From: Eledone cirrhosa
Lineage: Eukaryota
DNA: 64,000 nt
Reading direction: 5' to 3'
Assembly: GCA_964016885.1 (NCBI GenBank)
Contig: OZ024740.1
Span: forward strand, 316,138,001-316,202,000
The position numbers and the translations under genes are program-made. Below, one piece after another: positions 50,870-61,461 of this stretch (the first letter of the stretch is position 1; every line of letters begins with the position of its first letter). The notes beneath the pieces were generated by a model, which was given only the letters and a program-made list of their open reading frames with translations, had not been told where the DNA came from and searched no databases.

Positions 50870-53800
50870 CGGATGGCTAACATAACCCCATCTCCCCCCG
50901 CCCCACACCACCCCCACCCTCCAAACGCGATCCAAAACTTCAGAGTTGGTACCATAAATGTAGGCACCCTAAAGGGGCGCGCTAACGAGGTTGTAGAAAT
51001 GCTTGAACGTAAGGAGGTCGATGTTTGTTGTATTCAAGAGACCAGGTGGAGGGGTGGGTCTGCTAGATTCATTGAGGGTAAAAAACGATGTTATAAGCTT
51101 TTCTGGGTGGGAAACGACGATGGGCTGGGTGGAGTAGGAATCATGGTAGCAGAAAAGTGGGCGGATAAGATAATAGACGTAAATAGAGTGAACGACAGAA
51201 TAATTAAAATACGACTTGTCCTCAATAGAACTACGGTGACAGTAATATCTGCGTATGCACCCCAATCCGGACTGCCCGGCACTATAAAAGACAGATTCTA
51301 TGAGACACTGATGCTCACTACCTCCCAAATATCTGACAGTGACTATATAATTATTGCAGGCGACCTAAATGGTCACGTTGGGCAACATTGTGACGGCTAC
51401 GACGAAATCCATGGAGGCTATGGGTTTGGTACTAGAAATGAAGAAGGCTCCAGAATCCTGGAATTCTGTGATGCAAATAACCTAACTATCTGTAACACTA
51501 ACTTCAAAAAACGTGACAATCACCTGATCACCTATAGATCCGGGGAACACACAAGCCAGGTAGATTATATCCTTACCAGAAGACGTGACAGAGTGTCTGT
51601 TGTAAACACTAAATCCCTCCCCCATGAAGAATGCACCTCCCAACATAGACTGATAATTAGCGACCTCATAGTCAGGTCGAGACGTACTCGACAGCAGAAG
51701 AGGACTATCCTCAGGAGAAAAATATGGAAGCTAAAGGACCCCACAGCCAAAAATAAATTTCAAAACATATTACTTGATGCTTTCGACAGTAAGGAAGAAC
51801 ACTTAGAGTCGGACAATATAGAGGGACAGTGGGAATTTCTGAAAGCAAACCTGCTGTTGGCCACAGACGAAGTCTGTGGCTGGAGCAGGCCTGTAGGCAG
51901 GAGGAGAGTAACATGGTGGTGGAACAGTAAGGTGGAGGAGTCAATTAAGGCCAAAAAGCAGGCTTGGAAAGTATGGCGGGATGGGGGAAGTAGAGTAGAC
52001 TATCAAGTGGCCAGGAGGGAAGCTAGGAGAGAAGTGTACTTAGCAAGAAGGGAAGCTGAGGAAAGAAAGTTCAAGCATGTCCTACAACGCGATGACCAAA
52101 AACGTGAGGTGTTCAGGATTGCTAGGCAATGCGTCAAGGAAAACCGTGATATTGTCGGGGAGAAGTGTGTACTTAACGATGATGGCATACTTGCCATCAC
52201 CGACACTGATAAGAAGGCAGCTTGGAAGTGTCACTATGAAAGGCTACTAAATGAGGAGAATAAATGGGAGAAAGACAGTCTCCCCCATGTCGACCCAATA
52301 GAGGGACCAGCAGTGTTAGTCGAGGGGAGTATAATAAGTAAGGCAATCAAGGATATGAAGACAGGTAAGGCGGCTGGGCCTTCGGAAATAGTTGCTGAGA
52401 TGCTGAAGGCATCTGGCACGGTGGGACACACCATGGTCACCCGCATAGTTAACCAAGTCGTACAGAATGGGGTTGTTCCGAAGGACTGGCATAGCAGCAT
52501 CATCGTTAACTGTTATAAGGGTAAAGGAGACGCCCTAGATAGGAGTAACTATAGAGGCATTAAATTAATCGACCAGGTCATGAAGGTCACAGAAAAAGTA
52601 ATAGCGCAACTAATCAGAGAGAGAATTGACCTAGATGAAATGCAGTTCGGGTTTGTGTCAGGCAAAAGTACCACAGACGCTCTTTTCATAGTACGACAAC
52701 TACAGGAGAAGTACCTAGCTAAAGGTAAACCCCTCTACTTAGCTTTTGTCGACTTGGAGAAAGCCTTCGACAGAGTCCCCCGCTCCATTATCTGGTGGGC
52801 TCTTAGAAAACTAGGCGTTGACGAATGGCTTGTGAGGGCTATACAAGCCATGTATAAAGAAACAGTCAGCAAGGTTAGAATTAACAACGAATATAGTGAA
52901 GAGTTTAGCGTAAAAGTTGGCGTCCATCAGGGCTCTGTTCTCAGCCCCCTACTATTTATTATTGCCCTTCAGGCTATAACAGAGGAGTTCAAGACAGGCT
53001 GCCCATGGGAACTCCTATACGCAGACGACCTGACACTCATAGCGGAATCAATGGCCGAGCTAGAGAAGAAATTCCAAACATGGAAGCACGGCCTAGAGTC
53101 AAAAGGACTTAAAATTAACCTGGCTAAGACCAAAGTTCTAGTTTGTAGGAAAGAAAACAAGGCGGCGGTCCCTTCTGGGAAATGGTCGTGCTCGGTGTGT
53201 AGGAAAGGCGTAGGTAGAAACTCCATTTTGTGTCCTAAATGCAAAGTATGGGTGCATAAAAGATGTAGTGGGATCACAGGTAAGCTAACTAAGAACATAG
53301 ATTTTACATGTGGCCGGTGTTCTGGTGCAATAAGTAGCAGCAAGTGCCCACACAATACTAGCTCTTTCAATTGCGCAGAGGGTTCTATAGAAATAGTGGA
53401 CAGCTTCCGTTACCTGGGCGATAAAATCAGCAGTGGGGGAGGGTGCTCTGAAAGTACTGTAGCTAGAGTCAGAACTGGTTGGAAAAAGTTCAGAGAGCTT
53501 ATACCACTATTAGCTGCTAAAGGGTTCTCCCTAAAAATGAAAGGCAGGTTGTACGATGCCTGCATACGAACAGCAATGTTGCATGGCAGTGAGACCTGGG
53601 CATTGTGTGCAGAGGATATACGCAGACTAGAGAGGAACGAAGCTTGCATGCTCCGCTGGATGTGTAACAGTAATATACGTGAACGGCAAAGCATAAACGA
53701 ACTAAGGAAAAAATTAGAGATAAGAGGGATCAGATGTTGTTTACTCGAGAGAAGGCTACGTTGGTATGGACACGTGATGCGCATGAAGGACGATAGCTGT

Positions 53801-54347
53801 ATAACAAAGTGCAGGGCAATAAAGATAGACGGTAGCCACGGAATAGGCAGACCTAGAAAAACCTGGGACGAGCTGATAAACTCCGACCTCACACACTTAC
53901 ACCTCTCCAAGACAATGTCACTGGACCGAGACCTTTGGCGGTACTCAGTAACAGAGAAGACCCGCCTTGCCAGTAGGCATCTCTAACAAAATACACCCCG
54001 TCCCACCACCACCACCCCCACCCCATCCACACCACCCCGTCCTATGTAAAGTTATGTTGGTGCCGTGCCATCCGGGCCGAAACAAATGAGATCGTGTAGG
54101 TGTCACGACAAAAAAACACACAGTCCACGCTGTAATGTGGCCGTGTAGGCAACACGGTAAAAACCTCCCAGACCCACACTGTAAATGTGGTTGGTGTTAG
54201 GAAGGGCATCCAACTGTAGAAAACCTGCCAGACAGTCCTATGCGAGCAAGACAATCACTCTTGCCTCAAGTGGGACTACCCCCGTCCAAACCCATGCAAG
54301 CGTGGAACACGGACGTTAAACGTTGATGATGATGATGATGATGATGA
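50870..54347 (+). mobile_element. RTE LINE copy 5, truncated just upstream of the endonuclease
   Basis: Begins cggatggctaac after (TA)n; full 3' UTR and (GAT)n. Confidence 0.97.
50873..53986 (+). CDS. Intact RTE EN-RT-PHD ORF (1037 aa)
   Basis: Same motifs as 39145-42585, no stops; C-terminus TRLASRHL*. Confidence 0.93.
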   Translation: MANITPSPPAPHHPHPPNAIQNFRVGTINVGTLKGRANEVVEMLERKEVDVCCIQETRWRGGSARFIEGKKRCYKLFWVGNDDGLGGVGIMVAEKWADKIIDVNRVNDRIIKIRLVLNRTTVTVISAYAPQSGLPGTIKDRFYETLMLTTSQISDSDYIIIAGDLNGHVGQHCDGYDEIHGGYGFGTRNEEGSRILEFCDANNLTICNTNFKKRDNHLITYRSGEHTSQVDYILTRRRDRVSVVNTKSLPHEECTSQHRLIISDLIVRSRRTRQQKRTILRRKIWKLKDPTAKNKFQNILLDAFDSKEEHLESDNIEGQWEFLKANLLLATDEVCGWSRPVGRRRVTWWWNSKVEESIKAKKQAWKVWRDGGSRVDYQVARREARREVYLARREAEERKFKHVLQRDDQKREVFRIARQCVKENRDIVGEKCVLNDDGILAITDTDKKAAWKCHYERLLNEENKWEKDSLPHVDPIEGPAVLVEGSIISKAIKDMKTGKAAGPSEIVAEMLKASGTVGHTMVTRIVNQVVQNGVVPKDWHSSIIVNCYKGKGDALDRSNYRGIKLIDQVMKVTEKVIAQLIRERIDLDEMQFGFVSGKSTTDALFIVRQLQEKYLAKGKPLYLAFVDLEKAFDRVPRSIIWWALRKLGVDEWLVRAIQAMYKETVSKVRINNEYSEEFSVKVGVHQGSVLSPLLFIIALQAITEEFKTGCPWELLYADDLTLIAESMAELEKKFQTWKHGLESKGLKINLAKTKVLVCRKENKAAVPSGKWSCSVCRKGVGRNSILCPKCKVWVHKRCSGITGKLTKNIDFTCGRCSGAISSSKCPHNTSSFNCAEGSIEIVDSFRYLGDKISSGGGCSESTVARVRTGWKKFRELIPLLAAKGFSLKMKGRLYDACIRTAMLHGSETWALCAEDIRRLERNEACMLRWMCNSNIRERQSINELRKKLEIRGIRCCLLERRLRWYGHVMRMKDDSCITKCRAIKIDGSHGIGRPRKTWDELINSDLTHLHLSKTMSLDRDLWRYSVTEKTRLASRHL

Positions 54348-54597
54348 TTTATACACACAAATGGTGAAATATATGTGCGCATATATAACTGTATAGTTAT
54401 GCACACACACGTGTGCTCATGCATACAAATATATATATACAAGTGCAAGTACAAATAAATGAAAAGTGTAATCAATATGTTGAGAATAGCTATATTAGCA
54501 GATTGATGTATTCCTGCATTACCATTAGTTTCATAAACATAATCACATCTAACACTTTCAGTTACATTCTGAATATATATATATATATATAAAAAAA

Positions 54598-54827
54598 AAC
54601 AAAAAAAACTGACAGTCCACGCTGTAATGTGGCCATGTAGGTAACACGGTAAAAAGTTCCCAGTTCCACACTGTAAATGTGGTTGGTGTTAGGAAGGGCA
54701 TCCAGCCGGAGAAAACCTGCCAGATAGTCCTATGTGAGCGAGACACGGTCACCCGACCAACCTTGCCTCAAGTGGCACAACTCCCATCTAAACCATGCTA
54801 GCATGGGAGATGGATGTTAAACGATGA

Positions 54828-54832
<5 letters not shown>
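54598..54832 (+). mobile_element. Older RTE 3' UTR/tail (similar solo tails at 15955-16112, 55218-55415 on minus, 56985-57197)
   Basis: Aligns to 54110-54345 with scattered differences. Confidence 0.85.
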
Positions 54833-54870
<38 letters not shown>

Positions 54871-55011
54871 AAATTAAAAGATTAAAAGATGGTTAAAAAA
54901 GTTCCATATATTCCATTTAATTTCTTCTATATATACTCCAGTTCTACCAACTGTTGAGTGCTACTTATCTGATATATGCATAGTTTTATTGTTCTACAAT
55001 ATTACTCACCT

Positions 55012-55076
<65 letters not shown>

Positions 55077-55148
55077 AGAAAAAGAACGCAGTGAAGTAAA
55101 GTAAAAGAGTGAGGATGATAAAAAGTTACCTTAGTAATTTTTAATGAT

Positions 55149-55185
55149 CCCAAATATTTTCGGATTTGCCATCCATTATCAAGGG
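55149..55185 (-). ncRNA. Minimal type I hammerhead ribozyme motif, U3-A8 variant
   Basis: Minus strand CCC-TTGATAA-T-GGAT-ggcaa-ATCC-GAAA-ATAT-T-T-GGG, then ATTAAA; island 55073-55186 inside (TA)n. Confidence 0.7.
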
Positions 55186-55580
55186 TATATATATATATAT
55201 ATACACACACACATACATATCATCATCTTCATCATCATTTTATGTCCGCTTTCCATGGTGGCTAGATTGTCACAGTCTAAAGATAGTCAGGTTAGCGCAA
55301 TCAATTTTGCTTGTTACATTCCATATTTGGCATGGTTTCTATGCCATTTCTTCCTAACACCAACCACTTTGCAGGGTGCACTGGGTGTATTTTATTGAAG
55401 CACCAGCACTAGAGAGAGTATCAGCTGCTAGGCTAGACAGGATAGCCTTCTCTAATCCAATATACAGTAGATGTGTGGTTTAAATCCTGCTGATGGTACC
55501 GTTGCATTTGTTTCTATCATATTTAAGTTTTATTTATAAATGTATCATTTAAGTTTAAGTTTATCATAAATATCTTAATA

Positions 55581-55841
55581 TTCCTTGAGCAAGACACTTT
55601 ATTTCACATTGTTCCAGTTTACTCAGCTGTAGAAATGAGATGATAAGGACTGGGGTCCTTATCATTCCACTGCAAAGTGGTCGTGGAGGTGCCACAGCAA
55701 AAAAGCACCCAGCACTCACTGTAAATTAGGTTGGTGTTAGGAAGGGCATCCAGCTGTAGAAATCAAGCCAGAATCAGTTCCCGTCCCACCCTTGCAAGCA
55801 GGGAAAAGTGGACGTAAAATGATGATGATGATGATGATGAT
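55581..55841 (+). mobile_element. 5'-truncated CORE-like SINE with RTE tail
   Basis: Matches 59462-59714. Confidence 0.85.
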
Positions 55842-56181
55842 CTTAACTGTTATATCATATTACATTTAATCTAGGATTGTCTCAGTTAACATGGAAATAC
55901 CCAGTTTGAGACTGGTCTGTATTGATAACATTGGGCTGATTCATTGGTGGGTGGTTAAATGATTGCTCCATTTTTATTGATTATCATGCGATATGATAGT
56001 AAGAATAACATTGCAGTTTAATCTAGTATCACAGTAACGCAATTATATATGCTAAATTTTATGTTAAAATCTGTTGGGTCATCTTAGCATTGTAGCTTGT
56101 GCCATTGTATACAGCATGTGGTGTGATTTCTGCTGAAGGTACAGTCACATTTTTTTCTATCATATTTAGTTTGTATATATA

Positions 56182-56863
56182 TGAGGTACACTCAAGAGGT
56201 TTTGAGACTTTTATCAGTGACCTTTATTTAACTCTTTAACATTTACATTTCTCTATATATACTATTCTATTTTCATGGTAAAAGCTTTATTTCATATAAT
56301 ATCACACACAATATTGAATCTATGAGATTTTGATATTATTTATGTTGAGAGCAATACCTAAAAATCAGTATGAGTGGCCAGTTAAGGCCAGTTTGAACAG
56401 AAAGAAGTAAGAAAATTCTGGCTGGATATGGCTGGTTTAAATGCTAAAGGGTTAATTCAGATAAACACAAAACTCTAGTCTCCCTCAAAGTAGGATCCTC
56501 CAAATTTAATTCACTTGTAGTGCTCCAGCCCCTTCTGGAAGGCCCCCTTGTAGTTCTCCAAAGTGAAGGTATCCAGGGTGCTTATCACAGCATCCTTCAT
56601 CTCTTCCACATCCTCGAAGCAGATGCCCCTGAGCTTCTCCTTCAGCTTTGGGAACATCCAGAAGTCTGGACTGTAGGTAGGATGAGAGACGTGAAAAACA
56701 GGTAGAGTTTAAAGTGCTGTAATGGCCCAAACCTTCAGCCCAGAAAAAAGATTTGGCATGTTAGCTTATTATAACCATATCAAGGATGTATTAGAGTCAC
56801 AGTTATGTAAGTTAATTAAAAGAGCCTGAAAAGAAAGCCTCAAAACCTTTTGAGTGTACCTCG
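56182..56863 (-). mobile_element. Internally deleted mariner with nested piggyBac-like MITE (56229-56455)
   Basis: ~30-bp TIRs (t/c)gaggtacactcaa(g/a)aggttttgag with TA both sides; remnant HPTYSPDFWMFPKLKEKLRG...GGSYFEGD*. Confidence 0.88.
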
Positions 56864-57199
56864 TAAATATATCATTTAAGTTTAAATTTATCATTTAAAA
56901 TTTTAACCATTATATTATAACATGTTGCCTGCTCATCCTCCATTTATATCACTGCTTTCTCCAGTCTGGCTGATACACAAGTCCCATAGTGTTGTAATGG
57001 AGTAGTGTTGATGTCACATTAAAATGCTCCCAGTACACAGTAAAACGTAGTTGGTGTTAGGAAGAGTATCTAGTCATAAAAACCAAGCCAAAAATGGAAT
57101 GTATGAACAAGTCATGGTTACCTGACCTGTCTAGCTTCAGAATATGAATACCCATTGAACCCATGCAAGCATGGAAAATAGACATTAAATTATGATATA

Positions 57200-58060
57200 C
57201 TAGCAGTAAAGCCCGGCGTTGCTCGGGGTCGCTCAGTAGCTGTGTTAAAGTTACAATGTTAAGTTTCTTTCTTGGCTTAAAAACTGTAGTGTCTACTGTG
57301 CAGACTTGCATGTGGTGTTTTTGATTAATATTCCCTCAACCAACAATATGCCTTATGAAGTTAAGAAAACATAACGATAACCCGAATGTTATAACAAAAG
57401 AGGATGTTGGGGATAGAAACTGCACTGGTTATTTATTAACAAAGATCGAAAATGTAAACACTGCAACGCAGAGAAAAACATTAGCGTAACCAAATTATCA
57501 GTTATGTCTGTCTGCACGCCTATATCACCTCTCTGCACGACTGTCTGTCTGCACGCCTATATCACCTCTCTGCACGACTGTCTGTCTGCACGCCTATATC
57601 ACCTCTCTGCACGACTGTCTGTCTGCACGACTGTCTGTCTGCACGCCTAACGACGAAATATTTGCTTGTTTTACGTAGTCTTTAAATAGACTTGTTTTCA
57701 AGTAAAAATATTGTTTTAAAATGCTTTTAAATGGAAATGAAGCAAAACGGAAGCTTAGTGTTCGAACTGATGAATTTTGCTGGCTCGACAACTGTTCGTA
57801 AAGCCAGCGTAATTTTTTACGTAAGACGCTCAATGTAAACAGAACAAAGGGAAATAACTGATCACTTACGCTCAAAAATCGATACATTATATTCGATTTC
57901 GTCAGATAGGGCGGGTCAATTTGAAATATTTTTTTCCGATGTCTTCGCTAGGGCTCAATGTACAAGTATAGCAATTTCGGTGCAATTCCGTGAGAGATTC
58001 TAAGAGATGTGTGCCAAAAATCGATAGACAGACAGACAACCACAGTTTTATATATATAGA
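57200..58060 (-). mobile_element. Non-autonomous Helitron with internal 37-bp tandem repeat (57505-57647)
   Basis: Minus strand 5' TCtatatatataaaa...(TGTC)n, 3' hairpin cccgagcaacgccggg then CTAG; A|T target, no TSD. Confidence 0.85.
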
Positions 58061-58215
58061 TTACTAGAAGACTACCCACAGTTGCCCAGGATCAAAAGTA
58101 GCTATAGCCCAGAATTGGTCTTATTGAAGGCATGTTCTGTTTAATAAAACATCATTGGTTTTCCTGTGAAAAGTTAGTTTTAGATAATAGCTTTTTGGGC
58201 TTTATTATATATCTA

Positions 58216-58686
58216 AAAGGGCGGTGGATTGGCAGTATCGGTAGAGGGTCGGACGCCATGCTTTCCAGCATAGTTACGTCCCTTTACGATCTGAGTTCAA
58301 ATCCCGCCGAGGTTGACTTTGCCTTTCATCCTTAATCGATAAAATAAAGTACCAGTAATGCACTGGGTAATTGCTGGCCTTGTGCCTAAAGTAGAAACAA
58401 TTATATATCTAATTTATCTAAACTATAATAAAGTAAGGAGTGTGGGACTGCGTACGGTTTATTTTTTTTAATCCAGTTAGTAAAATAACTTTGATTACTT
58501 TGAATAAATAATTGTTTCTACTTTAGGCACAAGGCCAGCAATTACCCAGTGGATTACTGGTACTTTATTTTATCGACCCCGTAAGGATGAAAGGCAAAGT
58601 CAACCTTGGCGGGATTTGAACTCAGATCGTAAAGGGACATAACTATGCTGGAAAGCAAGGCGTCCGACCCTCTACCGATACTGCCA
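58216..58686. mobile_element. Inverted tail-to-tail pair of young Meta-like SINEs (58216-58403 +, 58508-58686 -)
   Basis: Near-identical bodies in opposite orientation, about 105 bp apart. Confidence 0.88.
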
Positions 58687-59377
58687 TAAATAATGAATGA
58701 ATATTACATAATTTATCTACTAAATTTCGTAGCTGTTGATTAAATATATTTTATTGCTTACTTAAAGATTCACTTCTTTAAAATTTTCAAATGTCAACAC
58801 TTCTGGTTAGCGATCTCTTAAATAAACATTCATATATTTCCGTCACTAATTTTCTCCTAATGCAGTTTATATATAATATCGTCTTTTTTTAGTGTATCAT
58901 GGATTACGTTACTGATTACATAAGACAGTGTAACGCAGTCTTCGTTCAATTTCTGTGTATATTGTCAATTACGGTTTTATTTGATGTATCATATCAACAT
59001 CCATATATACTTGCGTATAATATCAATATGCTCACTACACATGCTAGCAGAAAACCACTCGACGGGTGGTTTATTTGCTGCTAGTCTATCTAAAGGTCTG
59101 TCTCAAGCCAGAAGGCTCATCAGGCTGGTGCTTATTCCAGTTTCATGGCGTGAAGTGACTGAGAGTACACGACTTCCCCCTGGACATGATGCCAGTCCAT
59201 TGCAGCATTAAACTAGCTCAGTTTCAGCTGAATATACTGGAGCAATGTGAAATGAAGTGTCTTGCACAAGAATACAACACTGAACCCAGCCCAGGAACTG
59301 AATCCACAACATTATGATCATAAGTCCAACACCCTTAACACTTGACCACGGCCTCCACTAATTATTATATAGAAACT

Positions 59378-59714
59378 GGAGGCACATGGCTTAGTGGTTA
59401 GAGCATTGGCCTTGCAATCGAAAGGTTGTGAGTTCAATTCTCAGACCGGGTGATGTGTTGTTTCCTTGAGCAAGACACTTTATTTCACATTGCTCCAGTT
59501 TACTCAGCTGTAGAAATGAGATGATAGGGACTGGGGTCCCTATCATTCCACTGCAAAGTGGTCGTGGAGGTGCCACGGCAAAAAAGCACCCAGCACTCAC
59601 TGTAAATGAGGTTGGTGTTAGGAAGGGCATCCAGCTGTAGAAATCAAGCCAAAATCAGTTCCTGTCCCACCCTTGCAAGCAGGGAAAAGCGGACGTAAAA
59701 TGAAATGAAATGAT
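59378..59714 (+). mobile_element. Full-length CORE-like SINE with RTE tail
   Basis: A and B boxes, CORE-like domain, RTE 3' UTR tail; 6-bp TSD GAAACT at 59372-59377 and 59715-59720. Confidence 0.9.
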
Positions 59715-60909
59715 GAAACTACGTAATATGACAGCTGCAACTTGATAATGTCTGTCTTTCCCATTTGGTGCCTGTTGCAATCTGGTTACGTAAGCCTAAT
59801 TTGGGAAGATGGGTGGTATGTGTTTTGTTTGCAAATTTGGAGGGTGAATACGGTTTGGTTTGGTAGGAGTCATGGCTACAGGCTGGCATTTGATTTAGGG
59901 TGTTTGCTAAGTGTTTGTAGATTGATTGGAGCAATAACTGTCTTATTTATGTGTATATATATAAGAAAATGTTTTTTTACAATATTTAGTGTAGTGTCTA
60001 ATGCATCGTGTTACAAGTATGCATTCATTTAGAATAAGTATATTTCATAGTTTATATGTGTAAGTGTCATTTTTTGTTTCACACTTTAGTCAGAGAGGAA
60101 AAGACATTGTTCATGACTCTTTTTCAAGGCTTCCAACTTGGTGGGAGAGAGGGAGGCCGGTATCCTCAAATTGGGGTCCTAACCCAAAGGCTTGTAACAG
60201 AGTAAACTCCATTAAAGATACCCAAGCATCGGGTGGCAGTATTAAACCAAACAATGATTAAATCCAGATTAATTCATGCATATTAAATAATAATGCAGGA
60301 ATAAGGAAAAAAAATTGAAAATAATTTTATTTAATTTGAAACTATTATTGAACAATGTAAATTTTAACAATATTGAAAAGCTCTTTGTTCTCACTAGTGT
60401 CTAGAAGCTCTGTTGATATGATGGAATCAATTTGACTGAAGTGAATATTATTTGTTAAACAGATCAAGATGTGCGCATGTGACAAGCGTCATTTTTTGTC
60501 ATTCTATGGTATAAATATAGCATCTGATCAGTCCAAATAGTTAACACTTAGTAATAAAATCCATCATCTTCCTCAGTTTTATGTGGAAAACTGTCTGTGA
60601 GATCATAATCTCCTCTCCAATCTTTTTAATCTTTTTTCACTAAGAGTTGCTGTAGGTGAAAGTAATGAAGATGGCTGGGTATCCAGAATAGCAAACATAT
60701 GTTATCGAGAGAGAGAGAGAGAGAGAAAGCAAGCAAGAGCAGCAGAAGAGCAAAAGGATTTAAAAGCAGAAGAGTGACAAGAGAGAGAAGGATGAGGAGG
60801 AGATAGAAAACAGACATAGATATAAATAGTAAAAAGGTGAGGAATGAAAGAGAAAGACTGGATGAAAGAGATTTGAACTTTGAGAAATTGAACTAGATGA
60901 TGTCAAGTA

Positions 60910-61460
60910 TGAGGGTTGACTGAAAAATTCATAGAATAACTATGAAGGAGTGATGCTGGAGCTGTGAAATCTTGCATGCATTAATTTTAACTCTTCTTAT
61001 TAACAACTGCATTGTTTCTTTCTAGGGACTACTCTTGTCTTGAATAATTGTCCCCCACCTCTTGTTAATTTTTTAGGTTTTTTCCACCCCTGCGCTCTTA
61101 TTCTAACCCCCTCCCCACTTATTAAATTTTGCTAATCTATTTCTGACGAAATTTTATTTTAAGCGGTAGCATTCCTGCAACAATTAATTTTCTTTACACA
61201 TTAAAAAACATCATACATGACAAAAAATGTACAACATTAAAAATCCCATGTTATAAAATAAATAGGATGGGTTGGGGATCTTAATATATAAACTAAACGC
61301 CTAATTCTGTTTTTTTTTTAAATCAATGTAGACAACCTAAAAAAATTACCATTTTTCCAACCCTCCCCTCTACTATTTGAGATCCGAGAGTATGTTGAAA
61401 AATAAACCTTGTTTGGTCATTCCAAAAAAGTATCTTGGTCAGCCTATAAACTTTTCAGCC
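60910..61460. mobile_element. Mariner-type MITE interrupted by a second TA-targeting element (61032-61390)
   Basis: Host is the reverse complement of 5686-5883 split at gggacTA|...|TAtgttg; insert ends ctct... / ...agag. Confidence 0.75.
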
Positions 61461-61461
61461 T

